A stretch of DNA of 64,000 nucleotides. It comes from Geminocystis sp. GBBB08 (GTDB taxonomy: Bacteria > Cyanobacteriota > Cyanobacteriia > Cyanobacteriales > Cyanobacteriaceae). The position numbers and the translations under genes were made by a program. This document shows positions 42,653 to 52,140 of the stretch, piece by piece. Below the pieces are notes generated by a model, which had not been told where the DNA came from, did no database searches, and was given only the letters and a program-made list of their open reading frames with translations. The stretch lies in NCBI RefSeq assembly GCF_016743215.1, contig NZ_VRZC01000003.1:8222-72221 (forward strand), written 5' to 3'. Every line of letters starts with the position of its first letter. Position 1 is the stretch's first letter.

Positions 42653-44050
42653 CTAAGTAAAACTATAAATTTGTGGGCGATTAGCTCGAATGTCGAAGGA
42701 GTTAATGTAGTTAATTGGGTTACTCGCATCAAAGGATTTTCCATCAATAAAGGCTTTTCCGTCCACTATTTTATAATCGTCTTGAGGGCAGTTGATGCCC
42801 ATTTCGGTAGCTATTTCTCGGTATAAGTCGGTACGCCACGCTTTTTTGGCTATTTCTTCGGCATTACGAGGAAATTCAGGAATTTGCCCCCACCTTGTGG
42901 CTTGTGTCATTAACCAGAAGCTATCGGATTGCCATAGGAAGGTTGAATGATCGTTTTCGATATTTGATACTTCGGGAGGTAAGTCAAAAAATAGAGTCGT
43001 TTCTAAACTTTTTTTTATTCTCGGTTGATCATCAAAGCCTCCATAATTAAAGTTACCGATTATACCGGCTTCTGTATATTTACTTTTAGCACCAGTAAAT
43101 GATCGTTGAGAGATAATTTGGGCTACTTCTTCTCGATTTTCTTGTTTACTGCAATATTGACAGGCTTCTATCATGGCTTTCACTAATGAGCGATAGGTTT
43201 TGGGGTTTTGCTCAATGAAAGATTCTTGTACTGCTAAGAGTCTGTCTGGATGCCCTCGCCATATTTCTCGCCCTTGAGCAAAGGTAAAGCCGATGCCTTC
43301 ATTGCCACTGATAGCCCTTGTATTCCAAGGTTCAGCTACCATATAGGCTTGCATTGCTCCGATTCTCATATTACTTACCATTTGCGGTGGAGGGGTGATG
43401 ATTACTCGCAATTCATCGATGGGATTTAAACCCACAGAAGCCACAAGATAACGAACAAAATACTCATAAATAGCGGAACTCAGCACCACAGCCCAAACTC
43501 GTTCATTAAGGGGAGCTTTTTGCCAAAAATTGCGTAAATCCTGTCCAAAAGCGTCTAAATTACCATTATAGGTGAACCAAGGTCTTATTCCCCCTTCCCA
43601 TAGTTTACGATTCATGGTTAAAGCGTTGCCGTGACGGTGAATTGTCATAGCCGCACACAAGGGAAATTTTCTCGCCCCTTCTGCCCCTAATCTGGCGTTT
43701 GTTATCGAACCTGAGACAACAGGAGAAGCATCTAAACGACCAAAAATAATCCCGTCTCTGGAGTTTGCCCAACTCGCTTCCCGACTCAAAGTTACATTTA
43801 AACCATACTTGCGAAAAAAGCCTTTTTCCCATGCGATCGCAAAAGGGGCGCAGTCATTAACAGGAACAAAACCAACGGTTAAATTAGGTTTTTCAAGGGT
43901 TTCTGGCTTGATAATCGGTTCAACGGCTAAAGCAGTATCAGGGATATTTGAGGGTTGATTACTTTGTGTTTTGGTACAACTATTAAGGGTGATGGCACCA
44001 ACGGTTGCCCCTATGCCTTGCAAAAATAAACGACGATGATAATTTGTCAT
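42653..44050 (-). CDS. NrtA/CmpA-family substrate-binding lipoprotein
   Basis: Tat signal RRLFL with lipobox LNSC; GFVPVNDCAP, PPPQMVSNM, AEPWN and WLMTQATRWG. Confidence 0.92.
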   Translation of the reverse strand: MTNYHRRLFLQGIGATVGAITLNSCTKTQSNQPSNIPDTALAVEPIIKPETLEKPNLTVGFVPVNDCAPFAIAWEKGFFRKYGLNVTLSREASWANSRDGIIFGRLDASPVVSGSITNARLGAEGARKFPLCAAMTIHRHGNALTMNRKLWEGGIRPWFTYNGNLDAFGQDLRNFWQKAPLNERVWAVVLSSAIYEYFVRYLVASVGLNPIDELRVIITPPPQMVSNMRIGAMQAYMVAEPWNTRAISGNEGIGFTFAQGREIWRGHPDRLLAVQESFIEQNPKTYRSLVKAMIEACQYCSKQENREEVAQIISQRSFTGAKSKYTEAGIIGNFNYGGFDDQPRIKKSLETTLFFDLPPEVSNIENDHSTFLWQSDSFWLMTQATRWGQIPEFPRNAEEIAKKAWRTDLYREIATEMGINCPQDDYKIVDGKAFIDGKSFDASNPINYINSFDIRANRPQIYSFT

Positions 44051-44055
44051 AAATT

Positions 44056-44904
44056 TTACCCCCTCGCAGGACGATGAGTAACGAGAGTTTGTAATTTAGC
44101 AAGGGCATAATCAAGAATTAACCCCGTAATACCAATGACAAATACCGCTAAAAATACCGAACTAACATTAAGACGATTCCACTCATCCCAGACAAAAAAG
44201 CCAATACCGATACCTCCTGTCAACATTTCTACGGCTACGATGACTAACCATGCAATCCCTAAACTGATGCGTAACCCGGTGAAAATATAGGGCAAACTAG
44301 CAGGAAGCATTACCGTTACCAACTGTTTCCAACGAGGCATTTCCAACACTTGAGCCACTTCTAAATATTCCGCAGGAACGTTTTTAACTCCCTCTGCGGT
44401 ATTGATAATCGTTGACCATAAAGAAGTAATAAAAATTACAAAAATAGCTGAAGGTTCAGCAGAATTGAAGATTGCTAAAGCGATGGGCAACCAAACAAGA
44501 GGAGAAACAGGTTTAAAAACTTGAATAACAGGGTTGAGAATTTGCCATGCGGTGTTATTCATCCCGATTAAAAAACCTACAGGAATAGCGACGATCGCAC
44601 CCAATAAAAAACCAATACAGACTCGCCTCAAACTAGCTAATAGTAACCATCCTAACCCTAAATCTCCTGGTCCTCGACGGTAAAAAGGATGTAAAATAAA
44701 GTCAAGATTTTTCGCTAACGCTTCGGGAGGAGTAGGCATCATTTCACTACGAAAAAGAGCAATAATCCACCATAAAACTATGATTCCTGCAAAACCAATT
44801 AACGGTAAAAAAACCTGAGAATTAGTAAATTTTTCGAGAAAATTATTTTTTTTAAAACCCATATAAAAAGCCTTATTTACTTTATTTTTACTAAAAATAT
44901 TCAT
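44056..44904 (-). CDS. NrtB/CmpB-family ABC permease (start 44904 or 44862; the extension to 45003 crosses a repeat)
   Basis: ASLRRVCIGF, KPVSPLVWLPI, GLRISLGIAWLVIVAVEML and GIGFFVWDEWN. Confidence 0.92.
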   Translation of the reverse strand: MNIFSKNKVNKAFYMGFKKNNFLEKFTNSQVFLPLIGFAGIIVLWWIIALFRSEMMPTPPEALAKNLDFILHPFYRRGPGDLGLGWLLLASLRRVCIGFLLGAIVAIPVGFLIGMNNTAWQILNPVIQVFKPVSPLVWLPIALAIFNSAEPSAIFVIFITSLWSTIINTAEGVKNVPAEYLEVAQVLEMPRWKQLVTVMLPASLPYIFTGLRISLGIAWLVIVAVEMLTGGIGIGFFVWDEWNRLNVSSVFLAVFVIGITGLILDYALAKLQTLVTHRPARG

Positions 44905-45181
44905 GAGTACTACTAAAAAGCAACATCCACAAAGACTTTTAAACCTTTGCGTCCTTTGCGCCTTTGCGTGAAAATATCTCTTTAAAATTAAGTACAAAAA
45001 CAAGTAACCTTGCTTAAAAATTAAAGCAAAATCAATCAGTTTTTATAGTTAATAAAAATTAGAAAATTAACAATAATTCATATTAAATTACACCTCAAAG
45101 TCAAATAAAGGTAATCGAATGTAGAGATTTGTCAAAGTCGGAATACCTAAATGAAATTGAGACAAAAAATGCTCATTCTTT

Positions 45182-45310
45182 AGTCTCCTCTCAATGCCTA
45201 CGAAGTTAGCTGACGGGCTAGGACTGAGAGATGTCCCTTTTTACTGTTAAAGTAAAAATAAGCCCCCAATTTGGTTCCTCCGCTTCTTTTTAACTCGGAA
45301 TTAGGCTGAC
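45182..45310 (-). promoter_or_regulatory. Cyclic di-AMP riboswitch (ydaO/yuaA)
   Basis: Minus strand GCCUAAUUCC...AGCGGAGGAACCA...GGGGG...AGGG...CCCGUCAGCUAACUUCGUAGGC matches the ydaO core motifs in order; P1 GCCUA/UAGGC; hairpin UUUUUACU/AGUAAAAA. Confidence 0.92.
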
Positions 45311-45503
45311 TCACTCTAAAAGTTGATTATATCTTATAGATTCTATTTTCGCTGTAATGGTGAACACAAAATTTAAGGATTGTTTCTCGCAAAGGCGCAA
45401 AGCCCCAAAGAAAGGTACAAAGAATTATTAGTGTCTTAGTTAGTTTTTCTACGAGAGCCAATCCTGTCTCTTTTACTTGTCTTAATTTATCTATAACTGC
45501 TAC

Positions 45504-45983
45504 TCAAGTTTTTTTATGAAGCTGAATTTGTCCTCCATTTAAAAAACTTGAGTATTTTTCGATCGACATAAAATCAGTATAACGAGAACTCATTTCTGGT
45601 GGGATAAATTCAAACATGAAATGGTTTTCTACCCACACTTCTATTAAATCAAAAGGACCTCGATCGCAATACCGATGTAGCCAACCTTCATTTTCTGCGA
45701 TCGCTTCAATTTCGGCTTGACTACTAGGTACTGTCATAGCGGCATGAGTCGAACTAAAACTAGAAGGAGAAGTATTTGTTTGGGAAATAACTGCTGTTTC
45801 ACCCGGTATCAATTCTAAGCCTAGGGGTTGAATTTCAATGGCAGTACCATATTTATCTCCCACTATCACAATATATGAATTAGGAAAAACAGGAAAAGGA
45901 AATTCTTGTCCTTGTACAATCTTTGCAAGTACTCGGGCAACATGAGCTGGATTTTTGACTGCGATTGACAGATGATGTAACAT
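45504..45983 (-). CDS. VOC/glyoxalase-like protein (ATG 45983 preferred)
   Basis: MLHHLSIAV, GTAIEI, THAAMTV and DLIEVWVENHFMFEF pattern. Confidence 0.65.
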   Translation of the reverse strand: MLHHLSIAVKNPAHVARVLAKIVQGQEFPFPVFPNSYIVIVGDKYGTAIEIQPLGLELIPGETAVISQTNTSPSSFSSTHAAMTVPSSQAEIEAIAENEGWLHRYCDRGPFDLIEVWVENHFMFEFIPPEMSSRYTDFMSIEKYSSFLNGGQIQLHKKT

Positions 45984-46140
45984 AATTTTTATTCCTTTAA
46001 AACTATTGTTAATTGAAAATCTCTTTGACTGAACAATTAACTTTCTTTGTCTCAATTCTAATTAAATTCTCATCAAGTTTATGTAATAATTTGTTTCAAT
46101 GTCATCGATCAACTGTTATATTATTGATACATAAAAAACT

Positions 46141-46380
46141 ATGGAAAATGCAGAATGTAGAATTAACAATCTCATTGCTTTTACTTCTTACTTTTTAGAA
46201 AAAGAAGCTAATTTATCGGCGAATATTAGGGCTTTTTTAAGAAAAAATGGTACTTCTATTGGTGCTTATGATATTTTAATTGGAGCTAAGGCATTATCAA
46301 CAGGATTAACTTTAATTACTGCAAATACTAAAGAATTTGAAAGAATCCCCAATTTAGAATTTATTAATTGGCGAAAATAA
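46141..46380 (+). pseudogene. VapC/PIN toxin C-terminal fragment
   Basis: LRKNGTSIGAYDILIGAKAL and LITANTKEFERIPNL; N-terminal catalytic Asp region missing; no vapB nearby. Confidence 0.7.
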
Positions 46381-46401
46381 AAAATTCATCACTATTATTT
46401 T

Positions 46402-47529
46402 CTATTTTTTGAGGTTATCTAGGTTACTAAACCAACCTTTTCGCCAAAAAAAGAGAATCATCCCACTGCCTACTATTAACATTAATATCCAGACAAACAC
46501 ATATCCCCAATACCAATTTAATTCTGGCATATTATAGGGAGATTTATCAGTGTTGAAATTCATGCCATAAATCCCTGCAATAAAGGTTAAGGGAATAAAC
46601 ACGCTGGAAACCACCGTTAAGGTTTTCATGATCTCATTCATACGGTTACTTACTGAGGAAAGATATATATCTGTTAAACTAGATGCTAAGTCTCGATAGT
46701 TTTCTACCATGTCGAGAATTTGAATGAGATGATCATAACAATCCCGTAAATAAACCCTTGTTTCATCAGATATTAATTCATTTCCATCTCTGAGTAAGGA
46801 ATTAACCGCATCTCTTAAAGGCCAAACTGCACGACGTATTAAGAGTAAATCTTGTTGTAATTGATGAATTTTTGTTAATGATTGACGGGTAGGAGTGGTG
46901 ACAACTTCATTCTGCAATAATTGCACCAATTCTCCATATATCTCCATCACGGGGAAAAAATCGTCTATGATAGCATCAATAAGAGCGTAAAATAAATAAT
47001 CCACCCCTTTTTCCCTAATTAATCCTTTTTGATGACGAATTCTGTCTCTTACTTCATTAAAACCATCGGAATCAAATTTTTCGTGGATGGTTAAGAGATA
47101 ATGTCTTCCTAAAACGAAGCTAATTTGCTCACTGACGAAGAAATTCGATTGTTTATCTATCGTCACCATACGAGAAATCAAGACTAAATGATCATCGTAT
47201 TCTACTATTTTTGGACGCTGAGGAACATTAACAATATCTTCAAGGGTAATCGGATGAAGGTTAAACACTTCCCCTAATTGCCTCCAAATTGTTTCATTCC
47301 CTAACCCGTCAAGATTCATCCATGATACCGATTCTGTATCCAGATACACGGCACAATCTAAAGGGTTTTCTAATTCTTTGCGAAAGGCTTGGTTTTTGTT
47401 ATAGTCGATTAAAGTAATTTTAGGTGCGATCGCACGAGGTTGAAGATTAAGACTGCCAGGTATAGTATTATGAGCATTATTAAAGTAATTAAAATGATTT
47501 CTCAAATGGGATGGACGAAAATAAGTCAT
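46402..47529 (-). CDS. corA: Magnesium/cobalt transporter CorA
   Basis: LEDIVNVPQRPK, RMNEIMKTLT and FIAGIYGMNF signature. Confidence 0.96.
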   Translation of the reverse strand: MTYFRPSHLRNHFNYFNNAHNTIPGSLNLQPRAIAPKITLIDYNKNQAFRKELENPLDCAVYLDTESVSWMNLDGLGNETIWRQLGEVFNLHPITLEDIVNVPQRPKIVEYDDHLVLISRMVTIDKQSNFFVSEQISFVLGRHYLLTIHEKFDSDGFNEVRDRIRHQKGLIREKGVDYLFYALIDAIIDDFFPVMEIYGELVQLLQNEVVTTPTRQSLTKIHQLQQDLLLIRRAVWPLRDAVNSLLRDGNELISDETRVYLRDCYDHLIQILDMVENYRDLASSLTDIYLSSVSNRMNEIMKTLTVVSSVFIPLTFIAGIYGMNFNTDKSPYNMPELNWYWGYVFVWILMLIVGSGMILFFWRKGWFSNLDNLKK

Positions 47530-47547
47530 AGTCGTTAGTTAATTATG

Positions 47548-48126
47548 TTATAGTTGATCAAGTTCAAGATTAAGTTTTAGTATATTTATTCTAGGTTCGC
47601 CAAAAATACCTAACAATCTTCCTTCAGTATGGCTTTTAACTAACTCTTGTAGTTGAGTGGATTCAAGGTTACGAGCGATCGCAATTCTGTCAACTTGATT
47701 TAAGGCAGACTGGGGAGTAATATGAGGATCTAAACCTGAGCCTGAAGTGTAAACTAAATCAGCAGTAGGAGTAATATTAGCTTGTCTAAGTTTTGTAATT
47801 TCTGTTTCGATATTTTTGATTAAATCGGGGTTACTAGGGGCTAAATTACTTGCACTGGAAACACCAGTGATACCTGCATTTTCTTCAGTACTATAATTAA
47901 TGGTACTAGGGCGACTCCAAAAATATTTATCAGACTGAAAAGGTTGACCAATTAAACTAGAACCAATAATATTATTTTGATTATCTTTAATAAGACTACC
48001 ATTAGCTTGATATGGTAAAAATATTTGTCCAAAAATTAAGATAAATAAAGGATAAATAATAGCTGTAATTGTCCATAAAATAAAAGTTACACGAATAGCT
48101 TTTAAAAAATCATTAATAGAAAGCAT
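47548..48126 (-). CDS. kdpC: K+-transporting ATPase subunit C (ATG 48126 preferred)
   Basis: QANGSL, GSSLIGQPF...YFWSRPS, SASNLAPSN and YTSGSGLDPHI. Confidence 0.95.
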   Translation of the reverse strand: MLSINDFLKAIRVTFILWTITAIIYPLFILIFGQIFLPYQANGSLIKDNQNNIIGSSLIGQPFQSDKYFWSRPSTINYSTEENAGITGVSSASNLAPSNPDLIKNIETEITKLRQANITPTADLVYTSGSGLDPHITPQSALNQVDRIAIARNLESTQLQELVKSHTEGRLLGIFGEPRINILKLNLELDQL

Positions 48127-48202
48127 TTTAATTCTTCTCCATTTAAAAATGAGCAACAAAAAATTGATTATTAATTATGTAAAAAAACAAGAAATAATTA
48201 AT

Positions 48203-48802
48203 TTAACTATTTAGAGGGCGTAACATTTCCGATACCTTAATTTCAGTTTCAGGAAAATTTAAAGGTGAGATCGACTCTTGATCACTTAAAATCATGGTAG
48301 TTTGATAATCTTGACTATTAGACTCTCGATAAACATAGAGTTGACGTTGTTTGAGATCTAATACCCAATATTCAGGTATATTTGCAGAAGCGTACAATTG
48401 ACGTTTAACTTCTAAGTCGGTTTTCAAGGTAGTGTCTGCAATTTCAATGATTAAATAAACTTCCGTAGCGTTAGGATGTCGATCATCGTAATCTAAAGAA
48501 TCATACTTGACAATGGCAATATCAGGCTCAGGTTGGGAAAAATCGTTAACAATAATCGGTAATTGTAGTCTAATTAATACTTGATTGAAGTCTTTTGTAA
48601 ATAAACGATTTGTACGGGTAATAGCGGCGGCGTGAAAACTTCCTTGAGGTGACATAGTAATAATTTGTCCGTTAATTAATTCTACTTTTTCTTGATGAGT
48701 TAAAATACCGACTTCTGCCATGAGATTATATTCTCTGACGGTTAAGAGTCTCAAGGGTAAAGAATAAACATTGGGGGAAGTTTCAGTGATTAGCATATTC
48801 AT
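48203..48802 (-). CDS. Uma2 family endonuclease
   Basis: VELINGQII, PEPDIAIV, LIIEIADTT and YASANIPEYWVLDL. Confidence 0.9.
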   Translation of the reverse strand: MNMLITETSPNVYSLPLRLLTVREYNLMAEVGILTHQEKVELINGQIITMSPQGSFHAAAITRTNRLFTKDFNQVLIRLQLPIIVNDFSQPEPDIAIVKYDSLDYDDRHPNATEVYLIIEIADTTLKTDLEVKRQLYASANIPEYWVLDLKQRQLYVYRESNSQDYQTTMILSDQESISPLNFPETEIKVSEMLRPLNS

Positions 48803-48908
48803 ATTTAGATTGTGAATATTATAGAAATATTATAGTTTTTTATCTCGCAAAGGCGCAAAGACGCAAAGAAGAAAAAAGTTTTTTGGAGGTGAGAGAAGCT
48901 AAATAAAG

Positions 48909-49193
48909 TTAAAATTTTTCGGGTTGAAAAATAACGATAAAAAGGTAAATAAATAAGCTAATGGTTACTAATCCTAATAAAGTTAAAGCATAAGATTGTC
49001 CTTTAGATAAAATTTGATTTGTACCTGCATAAACGAGAGGGGAAATAATGATATTAATCAGTAAAATTGAGAGAAGATAAATCGGTAATTTTCTTGATAA
49101 AAATTTAGCCACAATTTCTAAAATTACTTCTCGCATATTAGGTGAATTAATTTTAGTGCTTATTTCCTCAGAATTAAAAATCTTGATAGCCAT
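48909..49193 (-). CDS. kdpF: KdpF/KdpG-like small subunit with N-terminal extension
   Basis: C-terminal YALTLLGLVTISLFIYLFIVIFQPEKF resembles KdpF (Y-L...PE.F); lies between kdpB and kdpC. Confidence 0.75.
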   Translation of the reverse strand: MAIKIFNSEEISTKINSPNMREVILEIVAKFLSRKLPIYLLSILLINIIISPLVYAGTNQILSKGQSYALTLLGLVTISLFIYLFIVIFQPEKF

Positions 49194-49252
49194 AAAGATA
49201 TTTTCTTTGTAAAATTTAAAGTGGTGAATAAAACTGTGTTGAAAAACAGATT

Positions 49253-49423
49253 ATGCGTTATTTAGTGAAATTAGAAAAAACAGAAGAAGGCTATACTATC
49301 TGGTGTCCTAGTTTACCCGGATGTTGGTCTCAGGGTGACACAGAAGAAGAAGCACTAGATAATATAAAAGATGCGATTCAGTGTTACTTAGAGACAATGG
49401 AAGAATTTAAACAACTCTTGTAA
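49253..49423 (+). CDS. Solo HicB-family antitoxin (56 aa; absent from the ORF track)
   Basis: MRYLVKLEKTEEGYTIWCPSLPGCWSQGDTEEEALDNIKDAIQCYLETMEEFKQLL. Confidence 0.75.
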   Translation: MRYLVKLEKTEEGYTIWCPSLPGCWSQGDTEEEALDNIKDAIQCYLETMEEFKQLL

Positions 49424-49467
49424 ATTTACTTTGTGACTTCTTTGCGCCTTTGCGCCTTTGCGTGAGA

Positions 49468-51531
49468 TTAACCCAAACCAACGGCACTAACCATCACATC
49501 AATAACCTTAATGGCAATAAAAGGAGCAATTACCCCACCTAAACCATAAATTAAGATATTCCGTTGCAATAATTGATCCGCCGTCAAAGCTCGAAATTTA
49601 ACTCCTTTAAGGGCGATCGGAATTAAGGCAGGAATAATCAAAGCATTGTAAATCAAAGCCGATAAAATAGCTGATTGAGAACTCGCTAAACCCATAATAT
49701 TTAATGCACCAATCCCCGTACTAGCAAAAATTGCGGGGATAATGGCAAAATACTTGGCAACATCATTGGCGATCGAAAATGTCGTTAACGCACCACGAGT
49801 AATCAGTAACTGTTTACCGATAGTGACAATATCAATTAACTTCGTGGGATCAGAGTCTAAATCCACCATGTTAGCGGCTTCTTTGGCGGCTTGTGTACCA
49901 GAGTTCATAGCAACCCCTACATTCGCTTGAGCTAAGGCTGGAGCGTCATTTGTACCGTCTCCCGTCATGGCGACTAACTTACCCTTAGCTTGTTCACGGC
50001 GTATTACTTCGATTTTGTCTTCAGGGGTGGCTTCGGCAATAAAATCATCAACTCCAGCCTCTTGAGCTATGACAGAAGCAGTAATTTGATTATCTCCCGT
50101 TAACATGATAGTACGAATACCCATACGTCTCATTTGGTCAAAACGCTCTCTAATACCGGGTTTAATAATATCTTTTAGGTAAATTACCCCATAAATATCA
50201 TCACCTTGACAGACGGCTAAAGGAGTGCCTCCTAAACGGGATACTTTTTCATAAGTTTGATCGAGATCATCTGGAATATTACCACCTCTAGAACGCACAA
50301 AACCTTTAATAGCATCCACTGCACCTTTACGAATTTCGATACCATTTTCTACATCTGTACCACTCATACGAGTACGAGCCGAAAATTCAATGCCTGTCGC
50401 TGTATTAATGTCAAAGTCCACTTGAGAGCCTAATTTGTGGGCTAAATCAACGATCGAACGTCCTTCAGGTGTTTCGTCAAAAAGACTGGAAATCAAGGCA
50501 ATATTCGCCACTTCTGTCACAGTATGACCATTTACAGGGATGAACTCCTCTGCTAAACGATTACCCAATGTAATAGTACCAGTTTTATCCAGTACAAGAG
50601 TATTAATATCGCCACAGGCTTCCACGGCTCTACCAGAGGTAGCAATGACGTTAAACTGTGCCACTCGATCCATCCCCGCAATGCCGATCGCACTCAGTAA
50701 ACCGCCTATAGTGGTAGGGATAAGGGCAACTAACAGAGAGATTAACACAGCGATACTAACAGGATTATTCACATAATTAGCGATCGGAGGCATAGTAGCG
50801 ATAACAATTAAGAAAACCTGAGTTAAAACTGCTAAAAGTACCGTTAAAGCTATTTCATTGGGGGTTTTGCTTCTTTCTGCTCCTTCGACTAAATTGATCA
50901 TGCGATCAATAAAACCCTTACCCGGATCGACTGTCACCCTGATTATAAGCTCATCAGAGATAATACGAGTACCCCCTGTCACCGAACTAGCAATATCTGT
51001 ACCCGGTTGCTTCAAAACAGGAGCGGATTCTCCCGTGATAGCCGATTCATCTACCGAAGCCATACCACCGATAACCTCACCATCTGCGGGAATAATATCT
51101 CCAGCAATAACCTTAATTTGGTCATCCCGTTTTAAAGTAGTAGAATTAACCTCTTGAATTGAACCATCAGGAAGAATTAAACGGGCAACAGTATCGCTTT
51201 TAGTAGCACGGAGAGCATCGGCTTGGGCTTTTCCTCTACCTTCTGCCACCGCTTCCGCAAAATTAGCAAATAAGACAGTGAAAAATAAAATAATAGTAAT
51301 TAAACCGTTAAAAAGTCTTTGATTAGAGTCATTAAAATCACCAAATAGACTAGGATTTATTGTTACTAAAAAGGTGATAATTGTACCAATCCAGACAAGA
51401 AACATGACGGGATTTTTGATAGCAATTTTCGGGTTTAATTTGATAAATGATTGTTTGATTGCTCTAGTATAAAGCCCTTGATTTTTGGCTTTGGGTGTAT
51501 GTTTTCGTTGCGATCGTGGTGGTTTATTCAT
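49468..51531 (-). CDS. kdpB: K+-transporting ATPase subunit B
   Basis: TGES, LDKTGT phosphorylation site, MLTGDN and [12 protein letters not shown]. Confidence 0.98.
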   Translation of the reverse strand: MNKPPRSQRKHTPKAKNQGLYTRAIKQSFIKLNPKIAIKNPVMFLVWIGTIITFLVTINPSLFGDFNDSNQRLFNGLITIILFFTVLFANFAEAVAEGRGKAQADALRATKSDTVARLILPDGSIQEVNSTTLKRDDQIKVIAGDIIPADGEVIGGMASVDESAITGESAPVLKQPGTDIASSVTGGTRIISDELIIRVTVDPGKGFIDRMINLVEGAERSKTPNEIALTVLLAVLTQVFLIVIATMPPIANYVNNPVSIAVLISLLVALIPTTIGGLLSAIGIAGMDRVAQFNVIATSGRAVEACGDINTLVLDKTGTITLGNRLAEEFIPVNGHTVTEVANIALISSLFDETPEGRSIVDLAHKLGSQVDFDINTATGIEFSARTRMSGTDVENGIEIRKGAVDAIKGFVRSRGGNIPDDLDQTYEKVSRLGGTPLAVCQGDDIYGVIYLKDIIKPGIRERFDQMRRMGIRTIMLTGDNQITASVIAQEAGVDDFIAEATPEDKIEVIRREQAKGKLVAMTGDGTNDAPALAQANVGVAMNSGTQAAKEAANMVDLDSDPTKLIDIVTIGKQLLITRGALTTFSIANDVAKYFAIIPAIFASTGIGALNIMGLASSQSAILSALIYNALIIPALIPIALKGVKFRALTADQLLQRNILIYGLGGVIAPFIAIKVIDVMVSAVGLG

Positions 51532-51540
51532 AATATTTAG

Positions 51541-51759
51541 TTAAATAGCTAAAGTTTCAAAAGCTATAGGTAAAGACTTATTTTGTGAGGAAAAATTTAA
51601 CTTTTCAAAACCGATAACTTTACCATTTTTATCTTTCATTAAAATGACTTCATTACCTGTTTCTTCTACCTCATACTCATTTTCAGGATTGTCAAACCAG
51701 ACAACTAAAGTATCTCCCATAGAGTCATAAAAAACTTTTATTTGTCTTACTTCTGCCAT
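51541..51759 (-). CDS. DUF2283-like small protein
   Basis: VFYDSMGDTLVVWF...VILMKDKNGKVIGFE. Confidence 0.7.
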   Translation of the reverse strand: MAEVRQIKVFYDSMGDTLVVWFDNPENEYEVEETGNEVILMKDKNGKVIGFEKLNFSSQNKSLPIAFETLAI

Positions 51760-52076
51760 AATAAAATTCCCTCCTTAATTGCACTGGTGCGATATGCTGT
51801 TATTAAAAATCCATCAATTTCTAGCTTTTTGGATACTGCACATACCCATCTTTTATTACCATCAGCTCGATAAAATAAGAACACTTTTTCATCATTTTTG
51901 CTAACACGAATCTCATCTGGTGACATTAAAGTTTGCATAACATCTTCTAATCGGTTTTGCATAATTGGATGTTTAACGGTGGAAATTATATTCCAATAAC
52001 CTACAGTTGTCCTAACTACAAAACCAAGAGGAGTTATTATTTCAAATAAAATAGCGTCTTTTTCTGAATTGTTCAT
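51747..52076 (-). CDS. DUF4258-like putative toxin
   Basis: KHP.M...L.SPDEIRVS and GFLITAY; overlaps the DUF2283-like ORF. Confidence 0.6.
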   Translation of the reverse strand: MNNSEKDAILFEIITPLGFVVRTTVGYWNIISTVKHPIMQNRLEDVMQTLMSPDEIRVSKNDEKVFLFYRADGNKRWVCAVSKKLEIDGFLITAYRTSAIKEGILLWQK

Positions 52077-52140
52077 GTTAATTGAGATAAAATACTCTCA
52101 CAAAAAAGATGATTTTTGCCTAAAATATCTATAGGATAGC

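Noticed and set aside
41807-45003. Naming the ABC operon nrtABD, cmpABD or cynABD
   Set aside because: There is no NrtC/CmpC, no nirA, narB or cynS neighbour, no NtcA box seen upstream, a B-A-D order and different pocket motifs; gene symbols were withheld.
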